NCBI GenBank assembly: GCA_012295275.1
Contig: CM022668.1
Coordinates: 5,270,001 to 5,334,000, forward strand
Direction of reading: 5' to 3'
Source of the DNA: Chrysomallon squamiferum
Taxonomy: Eukaryota; Animalia; Mollusca
DNA: 64,000 nucleotides
The notes below the pieces were generated by a model. It ran no database searches and was not told where the DNA came from. It worked only from the letters and a program-made list of their open reading frames with translations. Below, piece after piece: positions 25,070 to 38,116 of this stretch. The translations under genes were made by a program, and so were the position numbers. The first letter of the stretch is position 1; each line of letters starts with the position of its first letter.

Positions 25070-25990
25070 TTTTTATTTTGTTAATGATCTGTATTCAAGC
25101 TAACAGTACAATCACGAGTTACGAGTCATCAATTACTTTCTTTACGTTACGGTGTGTTCGATTGTTGAAACCGATTTGACCTCCGACTTAAGAAGGGGGA
25201 AAACCCTTGTGTGACTCCGGCCTTGAGAAAGGGGAATACCCTTGTGGGACTTCCAGTGTCATGCTATGGACTGTCTTGATGAAAATTATAAATATAATTG
25301 ATTCAAAGATAGAAAATTTATGCTTGCTATGGCTGTGGACTGGCAGGTAAACGCTTGATAGTCTAATACAATCAGTTATTGTAAGAGCTTCAGCTTGTTT
25401 TGATTTTAATGAGTTAGTCACTGAACAGAAGTATCGTCAGACGAAACGAAATCGTTTAATAGTTCAACATAAAAGTTTAATTGTTTTAGAAGCCAGTAAG
25501 ATACAACAATAATTTTCACTTTTGATTATTCATAATTAACATACGTACTTGATTTATACTAGTAGATACTTTTCAAACAAATATTTTAAAATAAAATTTA
25601 TAACTCGATACTGTTTTAACAAGTAACTTACCACATCAGGAAACAATATTTGATTTTTTGTTGTAACAACAACAACAAATAGACGAGTATTTGATGAACA
25701 AAATTTAATTTAGTCAGAAAACTACCAATATTTGGTATATAGTTGGACATAAATTATAAGGAAAATTAATGACTGCTGTCTGTTTAGTTCTTTCTTATGC
25801 TGACATTGTCAGGTATTTACCTAGTCACTGTCTGGTAAACAAAAATGTACTAAATCCTAAAGCTGTGAAAAGATATAATATAGATTTTACTGATCACCCA
25901 ATTAATTACTTTTGCTGAAACACTTGTATTCCCACAGTGAAAGGAAATATAAACATCAGTTGTTCACTGGTGTGCCTTAATTTAAACTGT
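25070..25990 (+). repeat. Copy of the caspase upstream cassette with no coding exon
   Basis: Colinear similarity to 9090-9770/10820-11240 (GGACTGGCAGGTAAAC, GAAGTATCGT, TTTTCACTTTTG, CAGTTGTTC..GGTGTG..TTAATTTAAACTGTG). Confidence 0.75.
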
Positions 25991-26985
25991 GTCTTAAGAT
26001 CTGTTATTTTCATAATAATAATAACAAATATTGAAATTTTAACAATATATCATACAGTAAAAGTAGGTTTATACTTTTTATTATACATATATTTTTACAA
26101 TGAAATAAGTTTTTGGATTTCATTTAAAAGATATAAACATCAGGACAGCAAAAAGAATTGTTATTTTTGGCGAAATTAATCACTACAAACTGTATACACT
26201 TATAGATAATACTCATTTACAACAAAATAATATAAATATATTTTTTATATTTAAATATAAATAAATAAGATATAATAAAAAGACGTTGAGTCATTTTCTA
26301 ACAACAAACTGTGCATAAGGATGTTTTACTGTTTAAACTGCTTTATTAATTTGTTGTTTAAGGTTGTTTTTTTATGTTTTTTTCTTGGTTTTTTTAAAAT
26401 AAGAAAATGAATACATTTCTGAGCTGTGAAGAGATAAAATCCAAAGTTAAAGTGAAAGCATTTTTCTGAGATTTTTTCTGGTGTGCTTTTCAAATTTGCT
26501 CATTTACATAATTTTTCTTCTTCTTTATCATTAGTATTTATTTCTCTTCTCTGGTGTTCGTTCAATAAATGTATTTTATTGTTATTTGAATTACATGCTT
26601 TAGGCGCATTTATAAAAAGAACAAAACAAAACAATAAAAAAGAAAAAAACAACCCAACAACAAACACACAAAACCCCCCAGGAAAACGAGGAAATCAAAT
26701 AATACACCAATACATATATAAATTAATACATATTTTTATCTTAATTAACATAATGCAATAAAGTAAATTAAACAGGTCTTTACGAGAATTGTTTAGTAAC
26801 TGTAGTTAACTGAAACAAACTGATAACATAACTGACCCGTGTGCCATACATGATTGACAGCTGGTATTGACCGATGACTAACGAGCATGCGTGCATCATC
26901 ATTTGTCGGCCATTAAACAAACAGGTAGTTAGACAACAATGAATCGTTTGTGTTATTGAACGCGTGCGGAAGTCTAACCACAGTC

Positions 26986-27175
26986 GTAGTAAAGAGATGT
27001 GTAACAGCGATGATCGCTATCCGGAACGAATAGTTGTGTAAAATTCCTGTCTTTTCCAAAGCCAGAATGAAATTTATAAAAGCCTGAAATCTATTAGTTT
27101 ATACGGAAGGCCACAGGACACCTGAATCCATTTTATTAGTAATAAAAATTTGCCCTTTCGATATTCGAAGACACA
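26986..27175 (+). mobile_element. Degenerate THAP-domain remnant (copy b), inside a duplicated block (~22010-23560 ~ 26670-28290)
   Basis: VKRC/CNSDDRYPERIV/VKFLSFPKP/LKSISLYGRPQ/HLNP with stops and frameshifts. Confidence 0.55.
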
Positions 27176-27431
27176 GTAAATGTTTTGATATAAAACTGAT
27201 TCCAAGTGCATAACGACATGTCACTTTACATACAGTTCACTGTACAATAAAAACAATTTATATATACTTTTCTGACATAAGGTATATATTTTTTTCTGAC
27301 ATAAAATATATATTTTTTTCTAACATAATTTTTTTTTTTTTTCTGACTACATACAGGAAAAAATAGAATTATTTAATTTCATGCAACAAACAGTACTAAA
27401 ATTATAAATGAAAGTTAACAGAATTAATAAA

Positions 27432-27462
<31 letters not shown>

Positions 27463-29489
27463 GGTAAAATAAATTTATGAATAAAACAGCTGTTAAAATT
27501 TAATTAAAATAACTGTTACCACTTCTTTATTGGAATAAAAATGTAAGAAGTGAAAAAGAAAAAAGAAAAGAGAAATAAGACAAAAAGAAAAAGAGAAATA
27601 AGAAATCAAAACTTTCGAATTATTCATACAGTATTAACCTGTCTGTCATTGTTTTCATGGATGGAAATGCTAAGTTTTTAAAATTTTCTGCTATTTAAAA
27701 GAATAGTTAAAACTGTTCAAGTGACCTATAAGGCTGGAGATGTATTAATTCAATAACTGAATGAGAAAAATATATCACTTAGTTATTATATCCGTTGTGT
27801 ATATATTTACAATAAATATCTCATTAAAATAAGCAAAGTACACTTGTTGAAAATGATTAATGTATAGGGAAGTAACATTGTTACTTTATATTTATTATTT
27901 TGTATATGATCACCATAAATAACACAGTTTAAAAAATATTAAAACTAGATTAAATGAACAAACATTATTATTTTACCTGTTTGCTTACCTTTAAAGAAAA
28001 CAAAACAAATGTAAAAAATTAATATAACCAAATTATAAAAAAAGAAAAAGAAAGAAAGAAAGAAAATAAAAAACCCAGTCACAATGAAAACAGTAACTAC
28101 TTTTGTCAAAGACCTAATATAATGATTTCATCATGGATAAACATTATTACAAGAATAAAGACTAAGAAAAACAGAAAACATCTTATATAAAAATAATAAA
28201 AAATCAGAGAAAAGTAACAAAGGCAGAATCTGGACTGTAATGTCCAGCTATAAGTTTGCATAAGCAGAAATTGTTTTACTTCTGATGTATTTCACATGAC
28301 AAAACTCATTGACAACACACAACTTAAACACCAACTGTTTCTCTTTTAAAGTGTTTATTTAACAGTGTTTCCTTTGATAACGTGTACACAGTATGTAAAA
28401 AACAAAATCAGTTGATTAAGTAAATAAAAATTTAAAAAAAACAAGATTAAACAGAAATAAATAAATAAATAGATAAATGTAATAAAAATAACGTATATAC
28501 TGGTGATGATTTGCTTAAGTTAATAAATTCTTAATAAAATTTGATCAGAATGTATTTTTTCTTTCGACTAATTTTGTAATTCGTAGAAAAAAAAACTGAC
28601 TATAAGAATTTTAAAAAAATGTATAATTCGGTTACCTCCCTTTTGGTGTCGGAGTTAACTTTGCTGTGCTGAGAGGTCAGTTTGGTTAGAATCCAGATTT
28701 TATAATTATGATTTTGAAAATTTCAGCATTTGCATTTTGTAAACACAACATTTTATTATTTATTACATCTTTAAAATGTTCTAAATTTTTATTTTTTGTT
28801 TATGCAATTGCTCGAACAAAATACAAATTAAATAACAAAAAAAGAAAGTAAACAATAAATGATAATAATCACTATAAGTATTTAAAAATAGAAGAAAAAA
28901 TGCAACAAATATAATTTATAATTATGCAAAAAATATCAAAAAAAACATCTTCAGTGATGAAAATAGTGATGTCGGTGATTATGACAAAATGTTAAGTATA
29001 TGTTTCTGTACTGCTGTTTATTTATAAACAGAATATAAATCATAAAGTTTTTATTGTTCAAAAAGAAGAGAAAGAATTACCACTTCGGATCCAAGTTTGT
29101 AATAGTAAAAAAGAAAAAAACACACAAAACAAACATATATATATATATATATATAAAAATAAATAAAAAAATAAATAAATAACAATACAAATAAATACAA
29201 TATAATAAATATTAAACAAACAAGAACGCAAACAAGTAAATAAATAATATAAAGAATAACCAACCATCCAACTAACCAAAGAAAAAATTAAATAAATTTA
29301 TAAAAGTAAAGAAGAAAAACAGTTGCTCTGAAGTAAGTTGTTGATTTTATTATTTATTTATTTATTTATTTATTTATTATAGTTTATCTGTCTCTCTCTC
29401 TCTCAAAACATAAATTACCAACTATAATTATTAGTAGTAATGTATGTATATCAGGTACAACAAAAATGTTGTTGTTTTCGTAACCTTTG

Positions 29490-30450
29490 GTGGACTTTTT
29501 TTATTTTGTTAATGATCTTAATTTTGTTAATAAAGCTAACAGTATAATCACGAGTTACGCGCCATCAATTACTTTCTTTACGCTACGGTGCTGTTGGATT
29601 GTTGAAACCGATTTCACCTCCGACTTAAGAAATTATAAATATAATTGATTCAAAGACAGAATATTTATGCTTGCCACTACTGTGGACTGGCAGGTAAACG
29701 TTTCATAGTCTAATACAATCAGTTATTGTAAGAGCTTTAGGTGGTTTTGATTTTAATGAGTTAGTCACTGAACAGAAGTATCGTAAAACGGAATGAAATC
29801 GTTTAATAGTTCAATTTAAAGTTTAAGTGTTTTGGAAATCAGTAAGATACAATAATAGTTTTCACTTTTGATTATTCATAAATAACATACATACTTGACT
29901 TATACTAGCAGATACTTTTCAAACAAATATTTTAAAATAAAATTAATAACTCAATACTTTTTTCATAGCTATGTTTTAAGAAGTAACTTCCATATCAGTA
30001 AACAATATTTGATTATTTGATGTAAAAGAAACAACAAATAGACGAGTATTTGAGAAACAAAATTTAATTTAGTCAGCAAACTACCAAGGTTTGGTATATG
30101 GTTGGATATAAATTGTACTGAAAATTAATGACTGCTGTCTGTTTAGTTCTTATGATGACATTGTCACATTACCCCAGTCACTCACTGGGAAACAAAACTA
30201 TACTGAATGCTAACACTGATGTTTGCTTACAAAGTTCCAGATGTGAAAACATATAATATACATTTTACTCATCAGCTCAGTTATTTAATTGTTTTTAAAT
30301 ACCTGTAGCGACACAGTGTTTCGTTGTCTGATCAATGTAATAATCAGCTGTTCTCAGGTGTGACTTAATTTAAACTCTGTGTACAGTTTTTTTTTTTTCA
30401 AGAAAAGAACTGTATACCCTGTGTCTAATAAATGAGAAACAAAAATATGA
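29490..30450 (+). repeat. Copy of the caspase upstream cassette ending in a stub of the first coding exon's 5' UTR
   Basis: Ends TACCCTGTGTCTAATAAATGAGAAACAAAA, matching 11256-11285, then breaks off. Confidence 0.7.
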
Positions 30451-31089
30451 AGGTGCGTTAATTGTAAGAATTAATTCTTTCTTATGATGATATTGTCAGA
30501 TATTTTCCAGAGTCACTGTCTGGGAAACAAAAATATACTAAATGCTAAAGCTGTGAAAACATATAATATAGATTTGTTATTTTCTATAGTTGTTAATTCT
30601 GAATATATCTGTTGTTTTCTAAGCATTTAAAACATACTAAAGACAGTTCATTGTGATCCTACAGGAGATAATATCTTCTGTATTAACACCTGCAAAATGC
30701 AGCAGCATTCATTTAAATAATAACAAATATTGAAATTTTAACATTTATCATACAGTAAAAGTATGTTTATACTTTTTGTTATATATATATTTTTACAACA
30801 AATAAGTTTTCGTAACATTTTGGACATTATTTCAGTCCGTAACTATACAAACCTAATTGTGATCAATGTGATAGTGATGTTATACTGAATCTGTATTTTC
30901 CTGGAAACTGTAGGAAAATCAAAAAGTGCTGAATCAGGAATTCGGGGAAAACCTTTACTTTTATTTAGAATTTTTCCTAACTGGTTTGTCTAATCAGTAA
31001 CCTACAACTCATGTGAGTCGCTAATAGAACAGACAACCAATCATACCCACACAAAAAAAAAAAACAAAAAAAAACCATACATTTTTATT

Positions 31090-32282
31090 TTTTATTTTCG
31101 TTAATGATCCATATTCAGTACAAATAAAACCTTTAGCTAACAGTACCAACACCAGTTACTCGCCACGAACTGCGCATGCTTTCGCTAAGCTACGGTGCTG
31201 TTCGATTGTTGCAAACCGGTTTTTATTTCTCACAGTTTGAAACGTACATTTTCAAGAAAGCGTCATTCTCTATGTTTTCTGGTTTTAGCCCAGACAATCA
31301 TCAGCAACCGGTTTTGGCTGCCAGGTATCTTGACATTACAAACGAACAGGGATTTAAGCAAGGGAAAATCCCTTTTTGGAAAGTCGTGGAAGGGACTGTG
31401 CTGATCAAGTTATAAATATAATTCCACTGAAGGATAGAATATTTAAGCTTGTACTAGCTGTGGACTGGTAGGTAAAAGCGTAACGTAGTTTAAAAGAATC
31501 AATTATTGTCTAAAAACAACCAGTTATTGTCTTAAAACAACGTGTTAATGTTATTAACATTGTGACAGTGTTAGGTTTCGTTGATTTTAATGAGTCGGTC
31601 ATGGAACAAATACGAAACGAAATGAAATCGTTATTTCAGACGTTTTTAAAACTTTAACTTAAACGTTAAACTATTTCAGCAGTCATTGAGTTTGAACTTA
31701 AGTTTTCTCTTTTGATTAATAATAAATAATATACGTACTTCATTAATAGTTACTTTTCCCAAAACATATTTTTAAATATAATTAATTATTCATTACTGTT
31801 GCTTTTTATTGATCGGTTTTAACAAGTACCTTCCCATATCTGTAAGGAATATTTGATTATTGATGGTAATAACAATAACAACAACAACAAAAAATAGTCC
31901 AGTACTCGATAAACAAAATTTTGTCCGTAAATTACCAAGGTTTGGTATATGGTTGGATATAAATTGTAATTAAAATTAATGACTGCTGTCTGTTTACTTC
32001 ATATGCTGACATTGTCAGATATTTTCCACAATCACTGTCTAGGAAGCAAAACTATACTAAATGCTAAGACTGATGCTTGCTTACAGATGTGAAAACATAT
32101 AACATACATCTTATTATCACCCCAATTTTTTATTTTATAAAAATATCCGTATGCCCACAAGGAGTCTGTGAAAGTAAATATAATGATCAGTTGTTCATTG
32201 GTGTGACTTAATTTAAACTGTGTCTGTATCCTTTTTTCCAGACAAGAACTACATACCCTGTGTCTAATAAATAAGAAACAAA
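31090..32282 (+). promoter_or_regulatory. Upstream cassette of caspase copy 2 with a canonical kB-like site
   Basis: GGGAAAATCCC at 31362-31372 (GGGATTTTCC on the minus strand fits GGGRNWYYCC). GAAACGAAATGAAA near 31613, donor-like GGTAGGTAAA near 31470, acceptor TTTTTCCAG near 32241. Confidence 0.5.
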
Positions 32283-35200
32283 ATGTCTAACGCTTTCCGA
32301 ATGGATGCAGAGGACGAGGGAGGTGTTGATTTCAGATGTGTACTACTTAAAGTTGATGGTGACCTGCACAAGGAGGACATTGATTCTCTGAAATTCTTGT
32401 GTCGCGACTTTGCTCCATTGAGTCGACTGGAACATATAAAGAACGGAACTGAACTGTTCAGCCTTCTTGAGAAAACAGGCCAACTGAAAGAAACAAATAA
32501 GTCGGTTTTGGCCGAGATGTTAAAACGTATTATGAGGTTAGATCTGGTGGAAACATTGCAGGTTGATGAGAAAGAACTGGATAGATATCTGTCTGTGAGT
32601 GGATCACATTTTTCAGCATACAGAAATTTACTTCTTGATCTTTCTGATGAAATTGGTGAAGAGGACTTGCATAAGTTGTTGTTTTTTTCTGGAGACATTC
32701 CTAGAGCAAAGCAACAAAAGATTCACAGTGTGCTGGATTTTTTTCTCATTCTTGAACAGATGAAAAAAATTAGTCCTGAAAATGTTAAAATTTTGGAAGG
32801 TTCTCTTAAGCAGATAGGAAGATTAGATTTAGTAGAAAAAATAAAGAACTTCAAACAGAAGATGAATGTAAATATAACCTCTACAGTGGATCAGTCAGCT
32901 GTGATTAGGACTGCAAATAAACCTGAAGAACCAAAACACCTTCCAAAACAAAAGATACAAGTAGTCTATCCCAGTGAGCCAACAAAGCCTGGTAGGACAA
33001 CAGAGAGGGCTGTACCAAAGACTCCTCAACCAACACAAAGTCCTCCTTCAGAACCAGGTAAAAAAAAAAAAAAAAAAAAACCCAAAACCTTCTTAAATGA
33101 CCCAAGAATCATGTATTGTAAATTCTTATTTTCACAAAACTAAAAAATAAAGAAAAAAGATAAAAGCAGTGTAATAATATTCCTGTAAATGATCAGATTA
33201 CATTGGTGTTTCTGTAATTTATTCTCAAGGATTTCCATATTTTAACTTATGTTATTAGTTTTATCAATTATTTAAACTTTTCTATTATTTATTATGTCTT
33301 CAACAATTTCAACATTACTAATAAACAAAATAATACCACAATAAAATGGAAAATGTCAACATCTATAATTAATCAGTGTAATTACTTTTATTCAAATACT
33401 TTATTATTAGCAAACATTTATCACCAGTAAACTAATAAAATCAATAATATATAAATATGTATTTATACTTTTTGTTTGCATTTCAAAATATTCACTTTAA
33501 ATTGAAATGCTTACTTTTACTTCCTTTTATTAATTAAGTTTCTTATTTTTATTTTTTCTTCAGTATTATGTGTGAAATTTGTAGATCTGTATTTAAGTAG
33601 TGATTCCCTGGTTTCTTTTCTGAATTAAACAATTAATCCTTTTGACATGTTTTCACTTACATAGAACATTTAGATCTGTATTTAAGTAGTGATTCCCTGG
33701 TTTCTTTTCTGAATTAAACAATTAATCCTTTTGACATGTTTTCACTTACATAGAACATTTAGATCTGTATTTAAGTAGTGATTCCCTGGTTTCTTTTCTG
33801 AATTAAACAATTAATCCTTTTGACATGTTTTCACTTACAAGAACATTTAGATCTGTATTTAAGTAGTGATTCCCTGGTTTCTTTTCTGAATTAAACAATT
33901 AATCCTTTTGACATGTTTTCACTTACATAGAACATTCTACTTACAAAGATCAGGGACTGTCTTTAGTTATCTCTTTCTTTTTTTTTTCTTTCTTTTGTTA
34001 ATTATTTGTCTATTTATCGATTACATTTTGTTCATTATTCATTCATTGATTCATTCATCATGATTATAATTATTATCATTCGATTCATTGTCATCATTGT
34101 ATTATTATTATTTTTATCATATTTTATGTTTATGTTAAATTTTTAATTATTCATTATTGTTTGATTCATTTCTCATATATATCTATATATATAAATGTAT
34201 TTTTTTTTCAGCTATACCTGATACACTAATCCATGATATTGCTCTGCATATATCAAACATGCAGTTCTTTGCCCTTGGAACCCAGTTGAATATTCCTGAC
34301 TTAACACTACAAGATTTGAGTCAGTATCACCATTCACCTCTCGACAGAAATACTAACATGATGAAACTGTGGCTCCAAATGATAAATAGCACTCATGATA
34401 GAAAAAAGATAATAAGAGATTTGTCCAAGGCCATGAGGAACTGTGAAATGACACAAACAGCAGCAGCACTGGAAAACATTTGGAATACAAGGTAATGTTT
34501 TAGTTTGAAGTAAATCAGCTCTCTGAAAACACAAAACAGTTGGCAAATATTCTAGAGTTCAGAGAGTGTAAAGTTTAAGCTATTTCAGTGTCATTACCAT
34601 TATCCCTCAAGATTTGATCACAAACTTTCATTCACCAGTAACTGTTTTTCTTTAATGATTTTTATGTCTCCTGTTACATTTTATGTTTATATATCATTGT
34701 GTGTGTCTGTTTTTATCTATTTTTAAAAGTTCTATCTGCTGTTTTATCTTTTTTTTTAATGAAAATATTTTGGTTTCAGATCCTGAGATCAACAGAAGAG
34801 AACAAAGGACACATGAAGCTAACAGAACAGGTAATTGTACATTTTATAAATTTTTCATTGCTTTCAGAGAAATTTATTTTTCTAATAATGAAGCACAGAA
34901 TAAGAAGATTATTTGAGATTTGTTACTTTTTTAAACAATGTTTTCACTTACATGGAACATTCTAATTCCAAAAATCAGCAAATTATCTTTATTTTTCTTT
35001 TTTCTGTTTGTCTATTTATTTACTACATTTTGTTCTTTGCTCATTCATTCATCATCGTTATATTATTATTATTATTATTATATTTGTTAATTTATTAAAT
35101 TTTCTTAATATTTGTTTATTTTTTCAATCCTTTTTTCATATTTTGTTTTTTCATTTTAACTCTTTTTTTCAGATTTGAAATAGTTAAACTTTTTTAGGAG

Positions 35201-37054
35201 TCATTACCAAAATTCCGTCTGCTGTTTTTTATTTTTTATGAAAATATTTTGGTTTCAGATCCTGAGATCAGCATTACAGAACGAAGAGCAGATGAAGCTA
35301 CCACAACAGGTAAATATACATTTTATTAATTTTAAATTGCTGTGGAACAACATTTTTTTCTAATAAAGATCAGAATAAAAATATATTTTTCTAATAACGA
35401 AGAAGAGAATAAGAAGACATTTGAAACTTTGTTACTTTTTAAACAGTCAGTATAAATGTGTTTACATCGAATTAATTGTTTTTTCAGTCTAAATACTTTT
35501 ATTCAAATACTATGTTATTAGCAAACATTTATCACCAGTAAACTGATAAAATCAGTAATTTATAAATATGTATACAAAATGTATTTAAACTATTTATTTG
35601 CATTTGTGTGAGTGTTTTATTTATGTGTGTGTGGAATGTTTATTTATGTCGAAAGTTCTATCTGCTGTTTTTATTTTTTATGAAAATATGTTTCAGACCC
35701 TGAGATCAGCATAAGAGAACAAAGGACCCATGAAGCTAACAGAATAGGTAATTATACATTTTATAAATTTTTCATTGCTTTTAGAGAAATTTGTTTTTCT
35801 AATAATGAAGTACAGAATAAGAACATATTTGAGATTTTGTTACTTTTTAAATAGAAAGTATAAAGCTGTTTACTTCCAGTTGATTTTATTATTTATTTTT
35901 GGAGGCCAATCTTTTCTATTTAAAATATACGAGAAACTTTGTATTACCACAGGTCAAGTAAACTTAAACATTTAACATAAAGTTAATCTGACCATAATAT
36001 TGACATGTAATATTGCTAGTCAACAACACTCGAATTTAATAATAAAGGTAATTTATTTCTGGTACTTTTTCCATATGGCTTGAAGAAAAACAAAAATGAA
36101 ACCTAGATCATGTATTTTATTTATATTTTTTGAAAGAACAACAAGAAATGATTCACCTGCATAGTTCTACTCTCTGTTATTTTATCATTTTACGTTATTA
36201 TTAGCAAATAATTGACATCGTAAAACAAATAAAGAAATCAGATTAAGCTGCACATATTTTAATTTTATAGCAGAACTTACTTTGAGTTGTGTTACTTATT
36301 TATTAATTTTTAATTTTTAATTTTTCAATTATTTATTAAAAATCACCAGCAAATCAGAATCCAAACGTCGTACAGCAGTTAGAAAGAACTGATGTAGACC
36401 AGGATCCTGTCCCCTACTACAAAATGGATGCTAATCCTCGAGGTATATTTTCAAATAAATATTTTACTAATTTGGGATCAGCAGGAAGAGGCGTCTTTAA
36501 TAACAGTAATAGATTTGGTACAAACAATATAGGTGAGAGGTATAATATGTCAAACATACATATTCATTCATGTTTTTATGCCTTTGTGATTTGTTTGGTG
36601 CTGTTTTTGTTTAGACGATTTCACTCTCTGAAAGAGATAAAATGAAAAAAAAAATATGAAAAAAGGATTGAAATTCATGAATAATTAGGAAAAGTTAATA
36701 AATAAACAAATATAATAATAATAAGATAATGATGATGAATGAATGAGCAAACAACAAAAACATTCCCCAGTGTATAAGTCATGAATCCCTGCTCTTATTC
36801 CACCTAATGTATTCTGATGAGTGATTCTTAAACACAGACAGACTGGGTTTCCAAGTTTCATCTCTCATTCTGTCTCTCTGCTTCTTTCCGTCTACCTGCC
36901 TTATATTTATCCTTTAAATATATAAATGTATGTTTTTTTTTCTGTTTTATTCTAGGAATATGTTTAATAATCAACAATAGAGATTTTAAGAAGGATTCAG
37001 TGAAGCCAGGAGCTAAAATGTTGGAAAAAAGAGAGGGAACTGATGTAGATGCAG
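32283..37054 (+). pseudogene. Caspase-8-like copy 2: frameshift at the end of the DD exon (DED-DED-DD-only product or pseudogene); remainder lost in the gap
   Basis: Exons 32283-33057, 34212-34491 (280 nt versus 288 in paralogs), 34780-34830, 35259-35309, 35697-35747, 36350-36442, 36956-37054. The stop comes at 34495 if unspliced, or 4 nt into the next exon if spliced. Confidence 0.8.
33583..33937. repeat. 89-bp minisatellite, 4 copies, in intron 1 of copy 2
   Basis: AGATCTGTATTTAAGTAGTGATTCCCTGG... at 33583, 33672, 33761, 33849. Confidence 0.95.
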
Positions 37055-37382
37055 GTAACTTTTACTTTGAAAGAGAATAGCAGTAACAACAACAACAACA
37101 ATAGTAGTAATAATAAAATAACAGCATCAATAACAATAACAGTAATAATAATATTGGTAATCAAATTAATCAAATAATTATAAGATAGTAATTGTAATAA
37201 AAGTAATAATAATGGTAATGAAGTTTCATTTACATATGGCAAGTATCTTTCTCTCTCTCTTATACATAGTGTTTTTGAAATGAAATCCATACAACATTTA
37301 GATATTTATGCAGAGATTTATTCATTTCCATAATTAATTATATCCCATTTTTTTCAATTTCTGAATATGTATAGCAGTTGCA

Positions 37383-37582
37383 NNNNNNNNNNNNNNNNNN
37401 NNNNNNNNNNNNNNNNNNNNNNNNNNNNNNNNNNNNNNNNNNNNNNNNNNNNNNNNNNNNNNNNNNNNNNNNNNNNNNNNNNNNNNNNNNNNNNNNNNNN
37501 NNNNNNNNNNNNNNNNNNNNNNNNNNNNNNNNNNNNNNNNNNNNNNNNNNNNNNNNNNNNNNNNNNNNNNNNNNNNNNNNNN
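37383..37582. other. Assembly gap (200 N)
   Basis: Run of N; the round size suggests a scaffold join of unknown true length. Confidence 0.99.
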
Positions 37583-38116
37583 TTTTATTTTCGTTAATGA
37601 TCCATATTCAGTACAAATAAAACCTTTAGCTAACAGTACCAACACCAGTTACTCGCCACGAACTGCGCATGCTTTCGCTAAGCTACGGTGCTGTTCGATT
37701 GTTGCAAACCGGTTTTTTATTCTCACAGTTTGGAAACGTACATTTTCAAGAAAGCGTCATTCTCTATGTTTTCTGGTTTTAGCCCAGACAATCATCAGCA
37801 AACCGGTTTTGGCTGCCAGGTATCTTGACATTACAAACGAACAGGGATTTAAGCAAGGGAAAATCCTTTTTGGAAAGTCGTGGAAAGGACTGTGCTGATC
37901 AAGTTATAAATATAATTCCACTGAAGGATAGAATATTTAAGCTTGTACTAGCTGTGGACTGGTAGGTAAAAAGCGTAACGTAGTTTAAAAGAATCAATTA
38001 TTGTCTAAAACAACCAGTTATTGTCTTAAAACAACGTGTTAATGTTATTAACATTGTGACAGTGTTAGTTTTCGTTGATTTTCTACATACCCTGTGTCTA
38101 ATAAATAAGAAACAAA

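Noticed and set aside
33583-33937. Regular repeats resembling a CRISPR array (also 39415-39769)
   Set aside because: Head-to-tail 89-bp units with no unique spacers, in a eukaryotic intron, with no cas genes.
37334-37645. ORFs containing X runs
   Set aside because: Artefacts of the N gap.
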